From assembly GCA_003598055.1 (NCBI GenBank), contig QZKI01000121.1, positions 7,102 through 71,101 on the forward strand: a stretch of DNA of 64,000 nucleotides, written 5' to 3'. This document shows, one piece after another, positions 45,293 to 53,936 of this stretch. The position numbers and the translations under genes are program-made. The stretch's first letter is position 1; every line of letters begins with the position of its first letter. Source of the stretch: Candidatus Abyssobacteria bacterium SURF_17 (lineage in GTDB: Bacteria; Abyssobacteria; SURF-5). Under the pieces are notes generated by a model. That model was not told the origin of the DNA, ran no database searches, and saw nothing but the letters and a program-made list of their open reading frames with translations.

Positions 45293-45642
45293 GCATGCTT
45301 CCCTCTCAGCCCCAAGGCGTAGAGCTTGCCCACGGTATTGAACGTTGACTCCTCGGTCGCATAGAGCACGAGGCCCTCTTCAATCGCTTTTTGCCTGACC
45401 GATTCTTCAGGCACCATGCCTCCGGCAAAAATCACCGCTTTGAGCTCAGCATGAACACACACCGCAATGACGTTGAGATGCACCTGAATGGTGACCAGCA
45501 GCCCTCCTTGTGGGGCATTGGCCAGCACGTCGCTCAGCAGGTCGCACGAATGACCGCTCCAGACTTCCGCCTGTTGGTCGGCTTCCTTCTCCGGCGTGAG
45601 ATTTCTCAGACTTAGTTGTTGCGCTATGTCCGCGAGTTTCAT
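45289..45642 (-). CDS. DRTGG-domain protein
   Basis: About 117 aa of DRTGG-like sequence (GLLVTIQVHLNVIAVCV...IFAGGM). Translationally coupled on both sides. Confidence 0.65.
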   Translation of the reverse strand: MKLADIAQQLSLRNLTPEKEADQQAEVWSGHSCDLLSDVLANAPQGGLLVTIQVHLNVIAVCVHAELKAVIFAGGMVPEESVRQKAIEEGLVLYATEESTFNTVGKLYALGLRGKHA

Positions 45643-47216
45643 GGCGCTCTCTCCGCATCGTCAATGACATACGGACATGCCTTCTTCCGTGCTCTGCCCA
45701 TCACCACATCCTCGGCAAGCGCGTCGCAGGTCGGCGCGCCGCACAGACCGCAATCTTTGCCCGGAAGGCTTTTGGCGAGTTCCTCCAACTCAGACAGCTT
45801 TTCAATGGCCTGTGAGACATCGGCGCTGAGCCCCATGCCCGTTCGTGGCTTAAGCGGGGCCGTCCGGCGAATTGCTTTTGCTGCAATCGCATGTTCAACT
45901 TGGGTCCGGCTCCACCGATACCTGGCGACGAAGGGCTGCTCCGTGAGAAGCGGCGAGCCATAACACCCGCACTCGCATGCGTACAATTCCAAAATCCGCA
46001 CGTCGCGCAGCCGGCCGTTCTCCAGCTTCTCGAGCACGTCAATAACGTGCCTCATGCCACATGCTTCGAGGATGCCGTTGAGTGCGCTTCCGTTTGCCGG
46101 CGGAATGATGCGAACTTGCTGCAGCCGTTCCTCAACTCCTTCCTCCATGACAACCCGTTGAACCACGTGGCGAAATGTGGCGGGCATCATAACTTCGACA
46201 TTCCTCGAGAAAGAACCGGCGGTGAGTGCGGTAAGTTGACAAGGGCAACAAGCAACGAAGACAACCTTCTGTCCGTTGAACTGGTTCCTGGCTGCTTCAA
46301 AAGGGGATAAGAAGGGAGCTATGACTTCAATGAGAGACTGAAACCGCAATCGTATGAGATTCACAATGGCCGGACACACGGGCGAAATCACGGGCAATTG
46401 CCTTGCTTCTTCGGCAGCATACCTGATGACGGCGCTTCGCAACGCGTTCTCCCACGCTTCGGTGAGGTAGACCTCCCTGAAAGCGAGTTTCCGTATTCCT
46501 GCAAGCACGCGGCTGGGATATATTGCCGCACTGAATTGCGCCAGAAAATGGGGTGGGACTAACAACACCTTCTCTTCAAAAGGCTGAGCCTCACTCATGG
46601 CGCTCGCTGTCGTGAGCGCACCACTTTTGCATACTCCAATACATGCCGCGCAGTCGATGCAGAGTTCTCTCAGTATCTGTGGCTTGCCGTCGTAGACTCT
46701 CAGCGCCTTCGGTGCGCAAACCCTCACACAGTAGAGACATTGGCGACAATTCGTGGAAATCGCTCGAATCGAGTTGTGCCCTGTCTCCGAAGACTCCTGG
46801 CTCCTGAAGCAAACCGTATACAGCACCCTGGTTCCCTGGCCTACGGTGGAGTCTATCTCGAACACATCGGAGTTCTTCTTCATATTCGGCAGGCCCAGAC
46901 CGGCTCCATAGCCCAACTGCCTCGCCGCAGGCGAAGCCGTGGAGAAGCCTTCCTGCATTGCCTGCTCAATGTCGGGAATGCCGGGACCCTCGTCCCTCAC
47001 TTCAACCTCTATCTCCGTGGAATCAATGATCGCGCGCATGCTGCCCCTGTATGCGTGTATCACGACATTCATCTCGGCCTCGAAGGCGGCGATGATGGCA
47101 CGGCGCATATCGGCTGGGTCCATATTGATTTTTTTCAGAAGCCGCTTCAGCGCACTCGTTGCCGCGCCTGCCTTTTTGAAATCACCGCCCTCGATCATGC
47201 TAAGCGTGACTCTCAT
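45639..47216 (-). CDS. HydS-like putative sensory [FeFe]-hydrogenase paralogue with N-terminal GHKL Ser-kinase domain, 2x[4Fe-4S] ferredoxin domain, degenerate H-cluster domain and C-terminal Cys cluster
   Basis: N-terminal anti-sigma Ser-kinase pattern (NVVIHAYRG...EVRDEGPGIP...GYGAGLGL). Ferredoxin motifs CRQCLYCVRVCAP and CIDCAACIGVC. H-cluster-like L1 ISPVCPAIV, L2 VACCPCQ and L3 ELYACECGCYGSPL. C-terminal CGLCGAPTC-x16-C. Confidence 0.75.
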   Translation of the reverse strand: MRVTLSMIEGGDFKKAGAATSALKRLLKKINMDPADMRRAIIAAFEAEMNVVIHAYRGSMRAIIDSTEIEVEVRDEGPGIPDIEQAMQEGFSTASPAARQLGYGAGLGLPNMKKNSDVFEIDSTVGQGTRVLYTVCFRSQESSETGHNSIRAISTNCRQCLYCVRVCAPKALRVYDGKPQILRELCIDCAACIGVCKSGALTTASAMSEAQPFEEKVLLVPPHFLAQFSAAIYPSRVLAGIRKLAFREVYLTEAWENALRSAVIRYAAEEARQLPVISPVCPAIVNLIRLRFQSLIEVIAPFLSPFEAARNQFNGQKVVFVACCPCQLTALTAGSFSRNVEVMMPATFRHVVQRVVMEEGVEERLQQVRIIPPANGSALNGILEACGMRHVIDVLEKLENGRLRDVRILELYACECGCYGSPLLTEQPFVARYRWSRTQVEHAIAAKAIRRTAPLKPRTGMGLSADVSQAIEKLSELEELAKSLPGKDCGLCGAPTCDALAEDVVMGRARKKACPYVIDDAERAP

Positions 47217-47568
47217 GCGTGATCCGCGCTCCCCGGCCCAATAACCGGCTCAAACGGTCCGCCGTTTCCGTCAGTCCGACAGATGAGACCATGAGAATCG
47301 TTCCGTTTTCCGTGGATGCGTTCAGCAGCTCTTGCTCCGGCACGTAGCCATTGAGAAGGCAAATCGCCGGCACTTCCAGAAGTCCTGCTACGCGAAAGAT
47401 GTGAGGATTGAGTATGTTGCTTACGACCAGCGTCCTCTCGCAGCACCGTTCGGCGAGAAGTTCGCTAATCTTGTCGTCAGCGTAGAATCGCTCAATCTCT
47501 GCGCTGAGTGGGCCTGAATAGGTCAGAATTTTGGCCCCGATTTTTTTGGCTAGTTCGTAGAGTCTCAC
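47200..47568 (-). CDS. DRTGG-like domain protein; GTG start inferred downstream of the sigma54 promoter
   Basis: The tracked ORF starts at ATG 47652, but a sigma54 promoter overlaps that position. An in-frame GTG at 47568 gives a 122-aa DRTGG-sized protein. Confidence 0.5.
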   Translation of the reverse strand: MRLYELAKKIGAKILTYSGPLSAEIERFYADDKISELLAERCCERTLVVSNILNPHIFRVAGLLEVPAICLLNGYVPEQELLNASTENGTILMVSSVGLTETADRLSRLLGRGARITHESHA

Positions 47569-47662
47569 ACTCGCGCTCGCACGGTTGGAGTCATTGTCGA
47601 GGGCCCCCGTCCGCTGTCCGCAAATGCAATCCCCATGCCGACGACGTTTCATGAGGTGGGCT

Positions 47663-47678
47663 TGCAGGCAACTTGCCG
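47663..47678 (-). promoter_or_regulatory. Sigma54-type -24/-12 promoter (cGGCAAG-N4-cTGCA) at the head of the hydrogenase operon
   Basis: Minus-strand sequence ctcGGCAAGttgccTGCAag has the GG-N10-GC spacing of the TGGCACG-N4-TTGCA consensus. About 130 bp downstream of the NtrC-family activator gene. Confidence 0.45.
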
Positions 47679-47806
47679 AGCATGCAAGTAATCACTTTGC
47701 ACACAGCTTATGTATCCACAGAGATTTGCGAATGCAGAAGGGGGAGTGCGTAATGGAAAGGTGAACTCGTAATTATGAGCGGGTTACATCTGGATGAACC
47801 GAAATT

Positions 47807-49261
47807 TCATGGGCGCGAATCACCCATGGGAGATATATGCTCGTTTCCTCGGGCCTTGAACTGCTCTTTTATCAAACCATATTTCTTCATCCTTTCGTAA
47901 AGGGCTCTTCTCGATATTCCCAAAGCTCCGCTCGTGGCGCCTACCTCTCCGTGGTGCTCCCGGAGCGCGCTTTCAATCACCTGTCTTTCGGTCAGTTCCA
48001 TTGCATCGTGCAGCCTCCCCGGTGTGGCGGGCAACGATAGAAGGCGCTGGTCAACGAAGCTTTCATCCATCTCGAATGAACCGGTCACACCGCGGGAAGA
48101 GGTAATCACCATTCTCTCAATGGCGTTTTTCAACTCTCGAATGTTACCCGGCCACGAGTGCGTCATCATCTTGCCGAATGTCTCCTCAGGGAATCTGGGC
48201 ACCGGGATTCCGCTTCGGTTTGCGGCAGCTTTTGAGAAGTGGGACGCCAGGAGGGGAATATCCTCACGCCGCTCGCGAAGCGGCGGGATAACAATAGTGA
48301 GCACATTGATCCGGTGATAGAAATCTTCCCTGATTCGTCCTTGCTGCACGAGTTCTCTGAGGTTGACGTTCGTAGTTGCAACAACACGAACGTCCACGCT
48401 CCGCAATTCATCCTGACCGAGCGGCTGCACGAGTCCGTCTTCGATAACCCGAAGCAAATGCACTTGCGCTCGTTCGGAAAGGCTCTCGATTTCATCGAGC
48501 AGAAGCGTTCCGCCAGATGCCATGACAATCTTGCCGTCCCTCTTAAAGGTAGCTCCCGTAAATGCGCCGCGCGCATGGCCGAACAATTCGCTCTCAAGCA
48601 GGGTCTCTGACAAGGCTCCTGCATTTACCGGTACGAATGGGCCGTTCACACGCGCGCTCAGCGAGTGGATAGCGCGGGCCGCAAGTTCCTTTCCCACACC
48701 CGTTTCGCCCAATATCAACACCGGTGCGTCGGACCTCGCATATACCCTGATTTGTTCGTACACATCTTGCATGACCCTGCTTCTACCCACCATTCCGCAG
48801 AACTGGTCTTCGTCAAGGCACATCATGTCAAGCCGTCTGCGGAGCTCCTCGCTCTCATGGCGGAACTTTGTCAGTTCCACGGCGCGCCTGACACTCGCAA
48901 GGAGCACATCTTCCTCAAACGGTTTTTCGAGGAAATCATACGCGCCCGATTTCAAACATCGAACCGCCATCGGGATATCCCCGTGGCCGGTGAGCATGAT
49001 CACAGGCACCTGATAATTTCGTTTCTTTACCTCTGCCAAAAATTGCTCCCCGTCCATCCATGGCATCTTCACGTCCGCAATTACGCAGTGAGCGTCACAA
49101 AGCGGCACCCACTCAAGCGCCGCTATCGCCGATGGGAACTCCTCGACTCCGAACCCCCGCAAGCGAAGCATCTGCCCAATAGACTCCCGCGCTGCATCGT
49201 CATCATCTATGATGGCAATGTTTACTCGTACGGATGGCGTGACATCAGTCATTTTCCTCAA
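47807..49261 (-). CDS. Sigma54-dependent Fis-family response regulator (REC + AAA+ + HTH; NtrC family)
   Basis: Receiver domain, Walker A GETGVGKE, the GAFTGA motif (RGAFTGA) and a C-terminal Fis-type HTH. Confidence 0.9.
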   Translation of the reverse strand: MRKMTDVTPSVRVNIAIIDDDDAARESIGQMLRLRGFGVEEFPSAIAALEWVPLCDAHCVIADVKMPWMDGEQFLAEVKKRNYQVPVIMLTGHGDIPMAVRCLKSGAYDFLEKPFEEDVLLASVRRAVELTKFRHESEELRRRLDMMCLDEDQFCGMVGRSRVMQDVYEQIRVYARSDAPVLILGETGVGKELAARAIHSLSARVNGPFVPVNAGALSETLLESELFGHARGAFTGATFKRDGKIVMASGGTLLLDEIESLSERAQVHLLRVIEDGLVQPLGQDELRSVDVRVVATTNVNLRELVQQGRIREDFYHRINVLTIVIPPLRERREDIPLLASHFSKAAANRSGIPVPRFPEETFGKMMTHSWPGNIRELKNAIERMVITSSRGVTGSFEMDESFVDQRLLSLPATPGRLHDAMELTERQVIESALREHHGEVGATSGALGISRRALYERMKKYGLIKEQFKARGNEHISPMGDSRP

Positions 49262-50753
49262 CCTCGCCGATACCCACAGGATTCCGTGACGGCAGCATTA
49301 CTTTAAAAATGGAACCTACTCCAGGCGCGCCAATGGCCTCAATTTCACCCATGTGCTCCTTGATTATCGTTAGGGAGATGGACAGGCCTAGGCCGGTTCC
49401 GTCACCCGGCTGCTTGGTCGTGTAGAAAGGGGTAAATATCTTCTTTCCCTCCTCAGACGTAAAGCCTGTTCCTGTGTCCGTGATCTCGGCCACCACCGGC
49501 CTGCTGCCTGTGTTGAGGTACGTTTTGATTCCCAAGCGGCGCTCTGGCGTGTCTGCCATAGCCTGACTTGCATTCGCGAGAATATTGAGGAACACTTGCT
49601 CAAGCCTGATTTTGTCACCCATCACGAGTGGAAGATTATCTCCGAGCTCAAGCGCCACTTTGATTCCGTGCAGCCTGAATTGAGGAGCCATGAAGTCAAC
49701 GCTTTCTCGCAAAATACTGTTGATATCCAACAACGTGAACTGCCGGTCTGACTTGCGCGTGAGATGTCGAATCTGGTTTATGATTCTCGATGCGCGGTCA
49801 ACCTGGTCCGCGATACGGTGAAGGTTATCACGGATGTCCTCCGGAGTTCCCGCGTTCGTCTCAATCATATAACAGGTGTTCTTGGCAAAGTTCTTGACAG
49901 CCGTCAACGGCTGGTTGATTTCGTGTGCAATGGAAGCAGCCATTTCCCCCAGCTCTGCAAGCCGATGCGCATGTACCAGTTGCTCTTCCTGTCTGCGTGA
50001 AAGCTCGAGGAGTTCCTGGCGTTTTTCCTCGGCCTCCTTTCTATCGGTAATATCGTACACATTCACGAGGACAGCCGGCTCCCCCTCATACGACGTCATG
50101 GAACTGCCAAGATCAACCCAGATCTTTTCCCCATCCTTGCTCACAAACCGGCATTCATAGTGCGCATCGGATGCGGCCCGGTCCTTGCGTTCCGAAATCA
50201 GCTCGCCGCGCCTATTCCTGTCGGGCTCATGAATCAGCCTTGCGAAGGAGCTCTCCAACAATTCGTGGGGCTCATATCCAAGCATTTCACAGAATCGTCT
50301 GTTCACGAAGACGATCTTGCCCTGCCGATGGACGAAGATGCCCGCGAGTGATTTGTCGATGAGCAACTTATACTTTTCCTCTGACGCTCTGACCGCTCCT
50401 TGCGCTTTCATGACTCGCTCGCTCAGAAATCCTATGCACGAGGCCACCGTAAGAAAAAAGAGGGTGCGTGCAGCATCACTCCAGAGAGCGCCTTCTCCGG
50501 TGCCGGACAAGCGAAAGCCGAACGTCATCCCCGCCAGGAGCAGTGCAATCCCGATGCTCTTTTGTCCCCACCAAAGACCAGCCAACACAATGGGAATATA
50601 GGCAAAATGGGTATACACGATGGGAGTATGAAGGACAATGCGAAAATAGACTCCCAATCCGCCATACGCGACTAACAGCAAGACCATAACGCCTATGCGC
50701 ATGACTTCGCGACGACGTGTCTTGATGTCCTCATTCATAGTCTTCAACAGCAA
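49245..50753 (-). CDS. Membrane-anchored PAS-domain sensor histidine kinase
   Basis: Four N-terminal TM segments, a PAS region, H-box SIAHEINQPL and HATPase_c motifs DTGTGF / GTGLGLS. Overlaps the regulator gene start. Confidence 0.85.
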   Translation of the reverse strand: MLLKTMNEDIKTRRREVMRIGVMVLLLVAYGGLGVYFRIVLHTPIVYTHFAYIPIVLAGLWWGQKSIGIALLLAGMTFGFRLSGTGEGALWSDAARTLFFLTVASCIGFLSERVMKAQGAVRASEEKYKLLIDKSLAGIFVHRQGKIVFVNRRFCEMLGYEPHELLESSFARLIHEPDRNRRGELISERKDRAASDAHYECRFVSKDGEKIWVDLGSSMTSYEGEPAVLVNVYDITDRKEAEEKRQELLELSRRQEEQLVHAHRLAELGEMAASIAHEINQPLTAVKNFAKNTCYMIETNAGTPEDIRDNLHRIADQVDRASRIINQIRHLTRKSDRQFTLLDINSILRESVDFMAPQFRLHGIKVALELGDNLPLVMGDKIRLEQVFLNILANASQAMADTPERRLGIKTYLNTGSRPVVAEITDTGTGFTSEEGKKIFTPFYTTKQPGDGTGLGLSISLTIIKEHMGEIEAIGAPGVGSIFKVMLPSRNPVGIGEVEEND

Positions 50754-51376
50754 GCCGACATGAGTCAGCGGCTCCTATCATGAACGGGACTTACGGATAG
50801 TGCTGTGCGAAGGACGTGAAATGGCAGTCATTCTGCTGGAGACGAGGGCGTACTGTATGAAATTGAAAGTGGGCATCATCGAGCATTCTCATGGCTGAAC
50901 CCACTTCTTTCTTTTCTGCGGCGACTGTGTCTCCCTCGTTGCGGGATTACACGCGCGCTTCAGGCGAGAATCGGACCGGAGAACTCGCGTCTTCTCTTTG
51001 GAAACTGCGTGTCCTCCCCATTCTTATCTTCAAGGAGAAATTGTCTGTCGGCAAATTCTCCTTCTCGTAATCAAACTATATATCTATTCGGATGGTATAC
51101 TCAGAGCGAATAGGACTTCCTCAGCCAACCTAAACCTCGCTCATTTATTACATTATATACCCCTCAGGACTTTGTCAAGTGCCATACGGCTTCCACACTC
51201 ATTTCCTGAAAAACCCGCCCGGTATGATGTCCTGGTGTTCTTCCCACTTTCTTTGCACCAGATCAAAGAGAAACTCCATCCCGATGAGACCATATGCTTC
51301 TCTACCCCCCGCCGCCGACCGACTTGATGACAAGCATGTGCACTCTTGCCTTGAAGCATCTCCTATGCTGCTCATA

Positions 51377-51405
51377 TTGCCAAAATGCACACAATGTGAT
51401 ACAAT
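51377..51405 (+). promoter_or_regulatory. Sigma70-type promoter TTGCCA-17-TACAAT giving a probably leaderless brnT transcript
   Basis: -35 at 51377-51382, 17-nt spacer, -10 at 51400-51405. The brnT ATG at 51413 is 7 nt downstream of the -10 and has no RBS. Confidence 0.5.
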
Positions 51406-51412
51406 ACTATAG

Positions 51413-51697
51413 ATGAAAACAATCAACTGGGATACGGAGAAAAGCCTGGCGCTCAAGGAATCAAGGGGAATCTGCTTCGAGGATGCGGTCTTCCATATGG
51501 AAAAAGGCGACATAGTGGATGACTATGAGCATCCCAACCAACAGAAATACGCCGGTCAGCGCATAATGGTCGTCGGCATTAACAATTATGCATATCTCGT
51601 CCCGTATGTCGAGACTGAGGATGAAGTGTTCCTGAAGACGATTATCCCCAGCAGGAAGGCAACGGAAAAATACTTTGGAGAAAAACATGAAAACTAG
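51413..51697 (+). CDS. brnT: BrnT-family ribonuclease toxin (type II TA; formerly DUF497)
   Basis: INWDTEKSLALKESRGICFEDAVFHM...IMVVGINNYAYLV...IIPSRKATEKY matches the BrnT W-D..K...N..KH.V.FEEA ... IISARKA pattern. Confidence 0.8.
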   Translation: MKTINWDTEKSLALKESRGICFEDAVFHMEKGDIVDDYEHPNQQKYAGQRIMVVGINNYAYLVPYVETEDEVFLKTIIPSRKATEKYFGEKHEN

Positions 51698-51965
51698 ACT
51701 GACAAAAGAGGAAAAGGAAATCCTTGAGAGTTTTGAGAAGGGCGAATGGGTTCCCACAAAGAACCTTCCGCGAAGAAAGAAGGAATTAATGCGCTATGCG
51801 CGGAATACCTTGAAAAAGGACAAGAGACTCAATATCCGGATTTCCGAACGAGACCTACTCGAACTGCAGAGAATGGCAGTCAGGGAAGGCCTGCCATACC
51901 AGACGTTTGTCTCCAGCATACTTCACAAGTTCGTCAACGGCACATTGGTCGAGGAAAAGGAATAA
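51687..51965 (+). CDS. brnA: BrnA antitoxin (RHH/CopG-like)
   Basis: NIRISERDLLELQRMAVREGLPYQTFVSSILHKFV matches the BrnA C-terminal RHH region. Overlaps the brnT stop. Confidence 0.75.
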   Translation: MKTRLTKEEKEILESFEKGEWVPTKNLPRRKKELMRYARNTLKKDKRLNIRISERDLLELQRMAVREGLPYQTFVSSILHKFVNGTLVEEKE

Positions 51966-52170
51966 CGGACTGACAATCTGCCCCTCACGAAGCAGGCACC
52001 TCACCCCATCTGGTTACACTCCAGATTCATTATGATATTGTGCGCTCCGGCAGCTCCCGCCCGAAGTGCAGATTCTATGACAAACTCTGCACATTTTTCC
52101 GACGTAATATGAGTGCGATTTTCTGATAGAAGCTACACTTATTACTGCCCGTGGAAGAAAAGCTGTTCTT

Positions 52171-52200
52171 GACAGGGAAAACATGCGGGTATACTATGTT
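52171..52200 (+). promoter_or_regulatory. Possible sigma70 promoter TTGACA-15-TATACT upstream of the second TA pair
   Basis: cTTGACAgggaaaacatgcgggTATACT. The spacer is short (15 nt). Confidence 0.35.
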
Positions 52201-52270
52201 TTTAGGCACACAGACCGACTCAGCCGCCATGGATGCGTCGTATGGGGAATGTGAGAAGAGGGGGCGACGA

Positions 52271-52486
52271 ATGAGCAAGGGTATAACTTTTGATGAAGTG
52301 CTCGACATGATTGACTCTTTGCCTGCTGAACAAAGAGAGTCACTCATTGAAATCGTGAAGAGTCGTCTGATAGAAGAGCGTAGGGACAGACTCGCAAAGA
52401 GCATTAAGAAGGCGAGACGCGAGTACAAGCACGGCAAAGCGAGTCGAGGAACGGTCGACGACCTTATGAACGAGCTTGCCAAATGA
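52271..52486 (+). CDS. Type II antitoxin (small helical addiction-module component)
   Basis: RBS gagaagaggggg then ATG at 52271. 71 aa, charged and helical. Its stop overlaps the toxin start by 4 nt. Confidence 0.55.
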   Translation: MSKGITFDEVLDMIDSLPAEQRESLIEIVKSRLIEERRDRLAKSIKKARREYKHGKASRGTVDDLMNELAK

Positions 52487-52764
52487 GAACGCTCATATGG
52501 ACGAATACGTTTCTCCGGGCGCTTAAGAGAGTAGTGCGGAGACACCCAGAGAAGCGGCGGGATATCGAGGTCACTCTGAGATTCCTCCTGGCTAATCCAT
52601 TCGCTCCTCAGTTGGAGACGCATAAGCTTAAGGGCAAGCTATCTGGTTCGTGGGCATGCAGCGTGGGGCGCGACTTGCGAATAATCTTTGACTTTGTGAA
52701 AGATGAAAAAGGAAAGGAAGGCATCCTTTTACTGGAAATCGGCACGCATGAAGAGGTTTACTGA
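52483..52764 (+). CDS. RelE/ParE-superfamily toxin (RelE/StbE- or YafQ-like mRNA interferase)
   Basis: C-terminal LKGKLSGSWACSVGRDLRIIFDFVKDE...ILLLEIGTHEEVY matches the RelE/StbE L.G....W.LRVGDYRIIY..D....I.IL.IGHRK.VY pattern. Confidence 0.8.
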   Translation: MRTLIWTNTFLRALKRVVRRHPEKRRDIEVTLRFLLANPFAPQLETHKLKGKLSGSWACSVGRDLRIIFDFVKDEKGKEGILLLEIGTHEEVY

Positions 52765-52816
52765 TGGTGAGAGATGATGTCTCCTTCATTTTTTGCTGAC
52801 AGACATTAGTACCCCA

Positions 52817-53851
52817 ATGACCAAATCTCAGTTCATCTGTATTTATTGCCTCAAGAGAGAACCAGAATTAATACCTTCCGAGGCGCACATTATCCCCGCT
52901 GCAATCGGAGGAACCCGGTACTCCAAAAAAATCGTTTGCAAGAATTGTAATGGTCTGACAAATCAAATGTTCGAAAATGCAGTCATTGAAAGATTTGCCT
53001 TCTTCCGGAGCATCTGGGGTATAAAGAGTCGAAAGAAGGACAGAGTGCCTCATGTTTCCACAAAACTGAAATTTGCTGACATCGAGGGGAAAGTTTCTAT
53101 AGATCAAAATGGTGAATTGACTGGCCCAATCGTGATGACGAATCTGGATACGAACGGGATTAAGGAATATCGAGTTATTGGTTTTGGAGAAAAAGGCAAG
53201 AAACAAGCCGAAATTAAACGTCAACAAATCTCCGCGAAACATCCCAATGTCGCTTGGGAAGAAGTTCATCATGCTGAGACTCCATTGATTCAGTTCGTAA
53301 TCGAGACTCCAGAAGTTGATGATATTATTTTGCGCAGATTGGCCGCTAAGGTTGCTTTCGAAAGTTGGGCCGAAAAAAGGGCATCATTGGTTGCCAGCGA
53401 TAGTCAGTATGCTCAGATTCGGGACTTTATTCTGACGGGCAACCATGATTTCTGTTCCGGTGTTTTGCCGGCACCTCCACCCCTCACCGGGCTTAGCGAT
53501 TTGCCTGTAGGCATCCATGCGGGCGGAATTGTACACAATGTGAGCTCCCCCATATTGGGAGCCTTTATCGTCTTCTTCGGTCTTTTCCACTATTGGGTCT
53601 TGATATCAACGAGCTATCAATCACTGCAATCTGATGATGAGTTCTGGATTGAGAATCCCCAGAAGGGATATTTCCCTGATTCCAAACTAAGATGCCAAGC
53701 CAGGCCCATCCTGATAGATTGGGGTCAGTATGTGCGGGCTTGGCGTAACGACCCACAGGGGATTCTAAAGAAAGCAGTCACCTATAATGAGGCAAAGTTC
53801 CAGGAAGCTTGGAGAGAAGCTTTGCAAGACGGGCGTGTGCTAAAACCCTGA
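52817..53851 (+). CDS. HNH-endonuclease-domain protein with a roughly 290-aa C-terminal domain of unknown function
   Basis: N-terminal CIYCLKREPELIPSEAHIIPAAIGG...VCKNCN is an HNH/His-Me finger (CxxC ... H ... N ... CxxC). Start is ATG 52817 (TTG 52793 also possible) and no RBS is seen. Confidence 0.6.
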   Translation: MTKSQFICIYCLKREPELIPSEAHIIPAAIGGTRYSKKIVCKNCNGLTNQMFENAVIERFAFFRSIWGIKSRKKDRVPHVSTKLKFADIEGKVSIDQNGELTGPIVMTNLDTNGIKEYRVIGFGEKGKKQAEIKRQQISAKHPNVAWEEVHHAETPLIQFVIETPEVDDIILRRLAAKVAFESWAEKRASLVASDSQYAQIRDFILTGNHDFCSGVLPAPPPLTGLSDLPVGIHAGGIVHNVSSPILGAFIVFFGLFHYWVLISTSYQSLQSDDEFWIENPQKGYFPDSKLRCQARPILIDWGQYVRAWRNDPQGILKKAVTYNEAKFQEAWREALQDGRVLKP

Positions 53852-53936
53852 AGCTTGGGTTCTTGAGTTGTCAGTTCAGAGAGTTCAACCGCAACGTATC
53901 TGAGTCGGGAATAAGTTCAGTCTTCTTGTCGATTCT

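Noticed and set aside
47569-47652. ATG at 47652 as the start of the first hydrogenase-operon gene
   Set aside because: A sigma54 -24/-12 element overlaps this position. The 28 N-terminal residues it adds (MKRRRHGDCICGQRTGALDNDSNRASAS) are low-complexity. The GTG at 47568 gives a DRTGG-sized protein.
50925-50945. Possible inverted partial copy of motif B (ttgcggga 8-mer) at the islet's left edge
   Set aside because: Only an 8-10-nt match. This is expected by chance in 64 kb on two strands.
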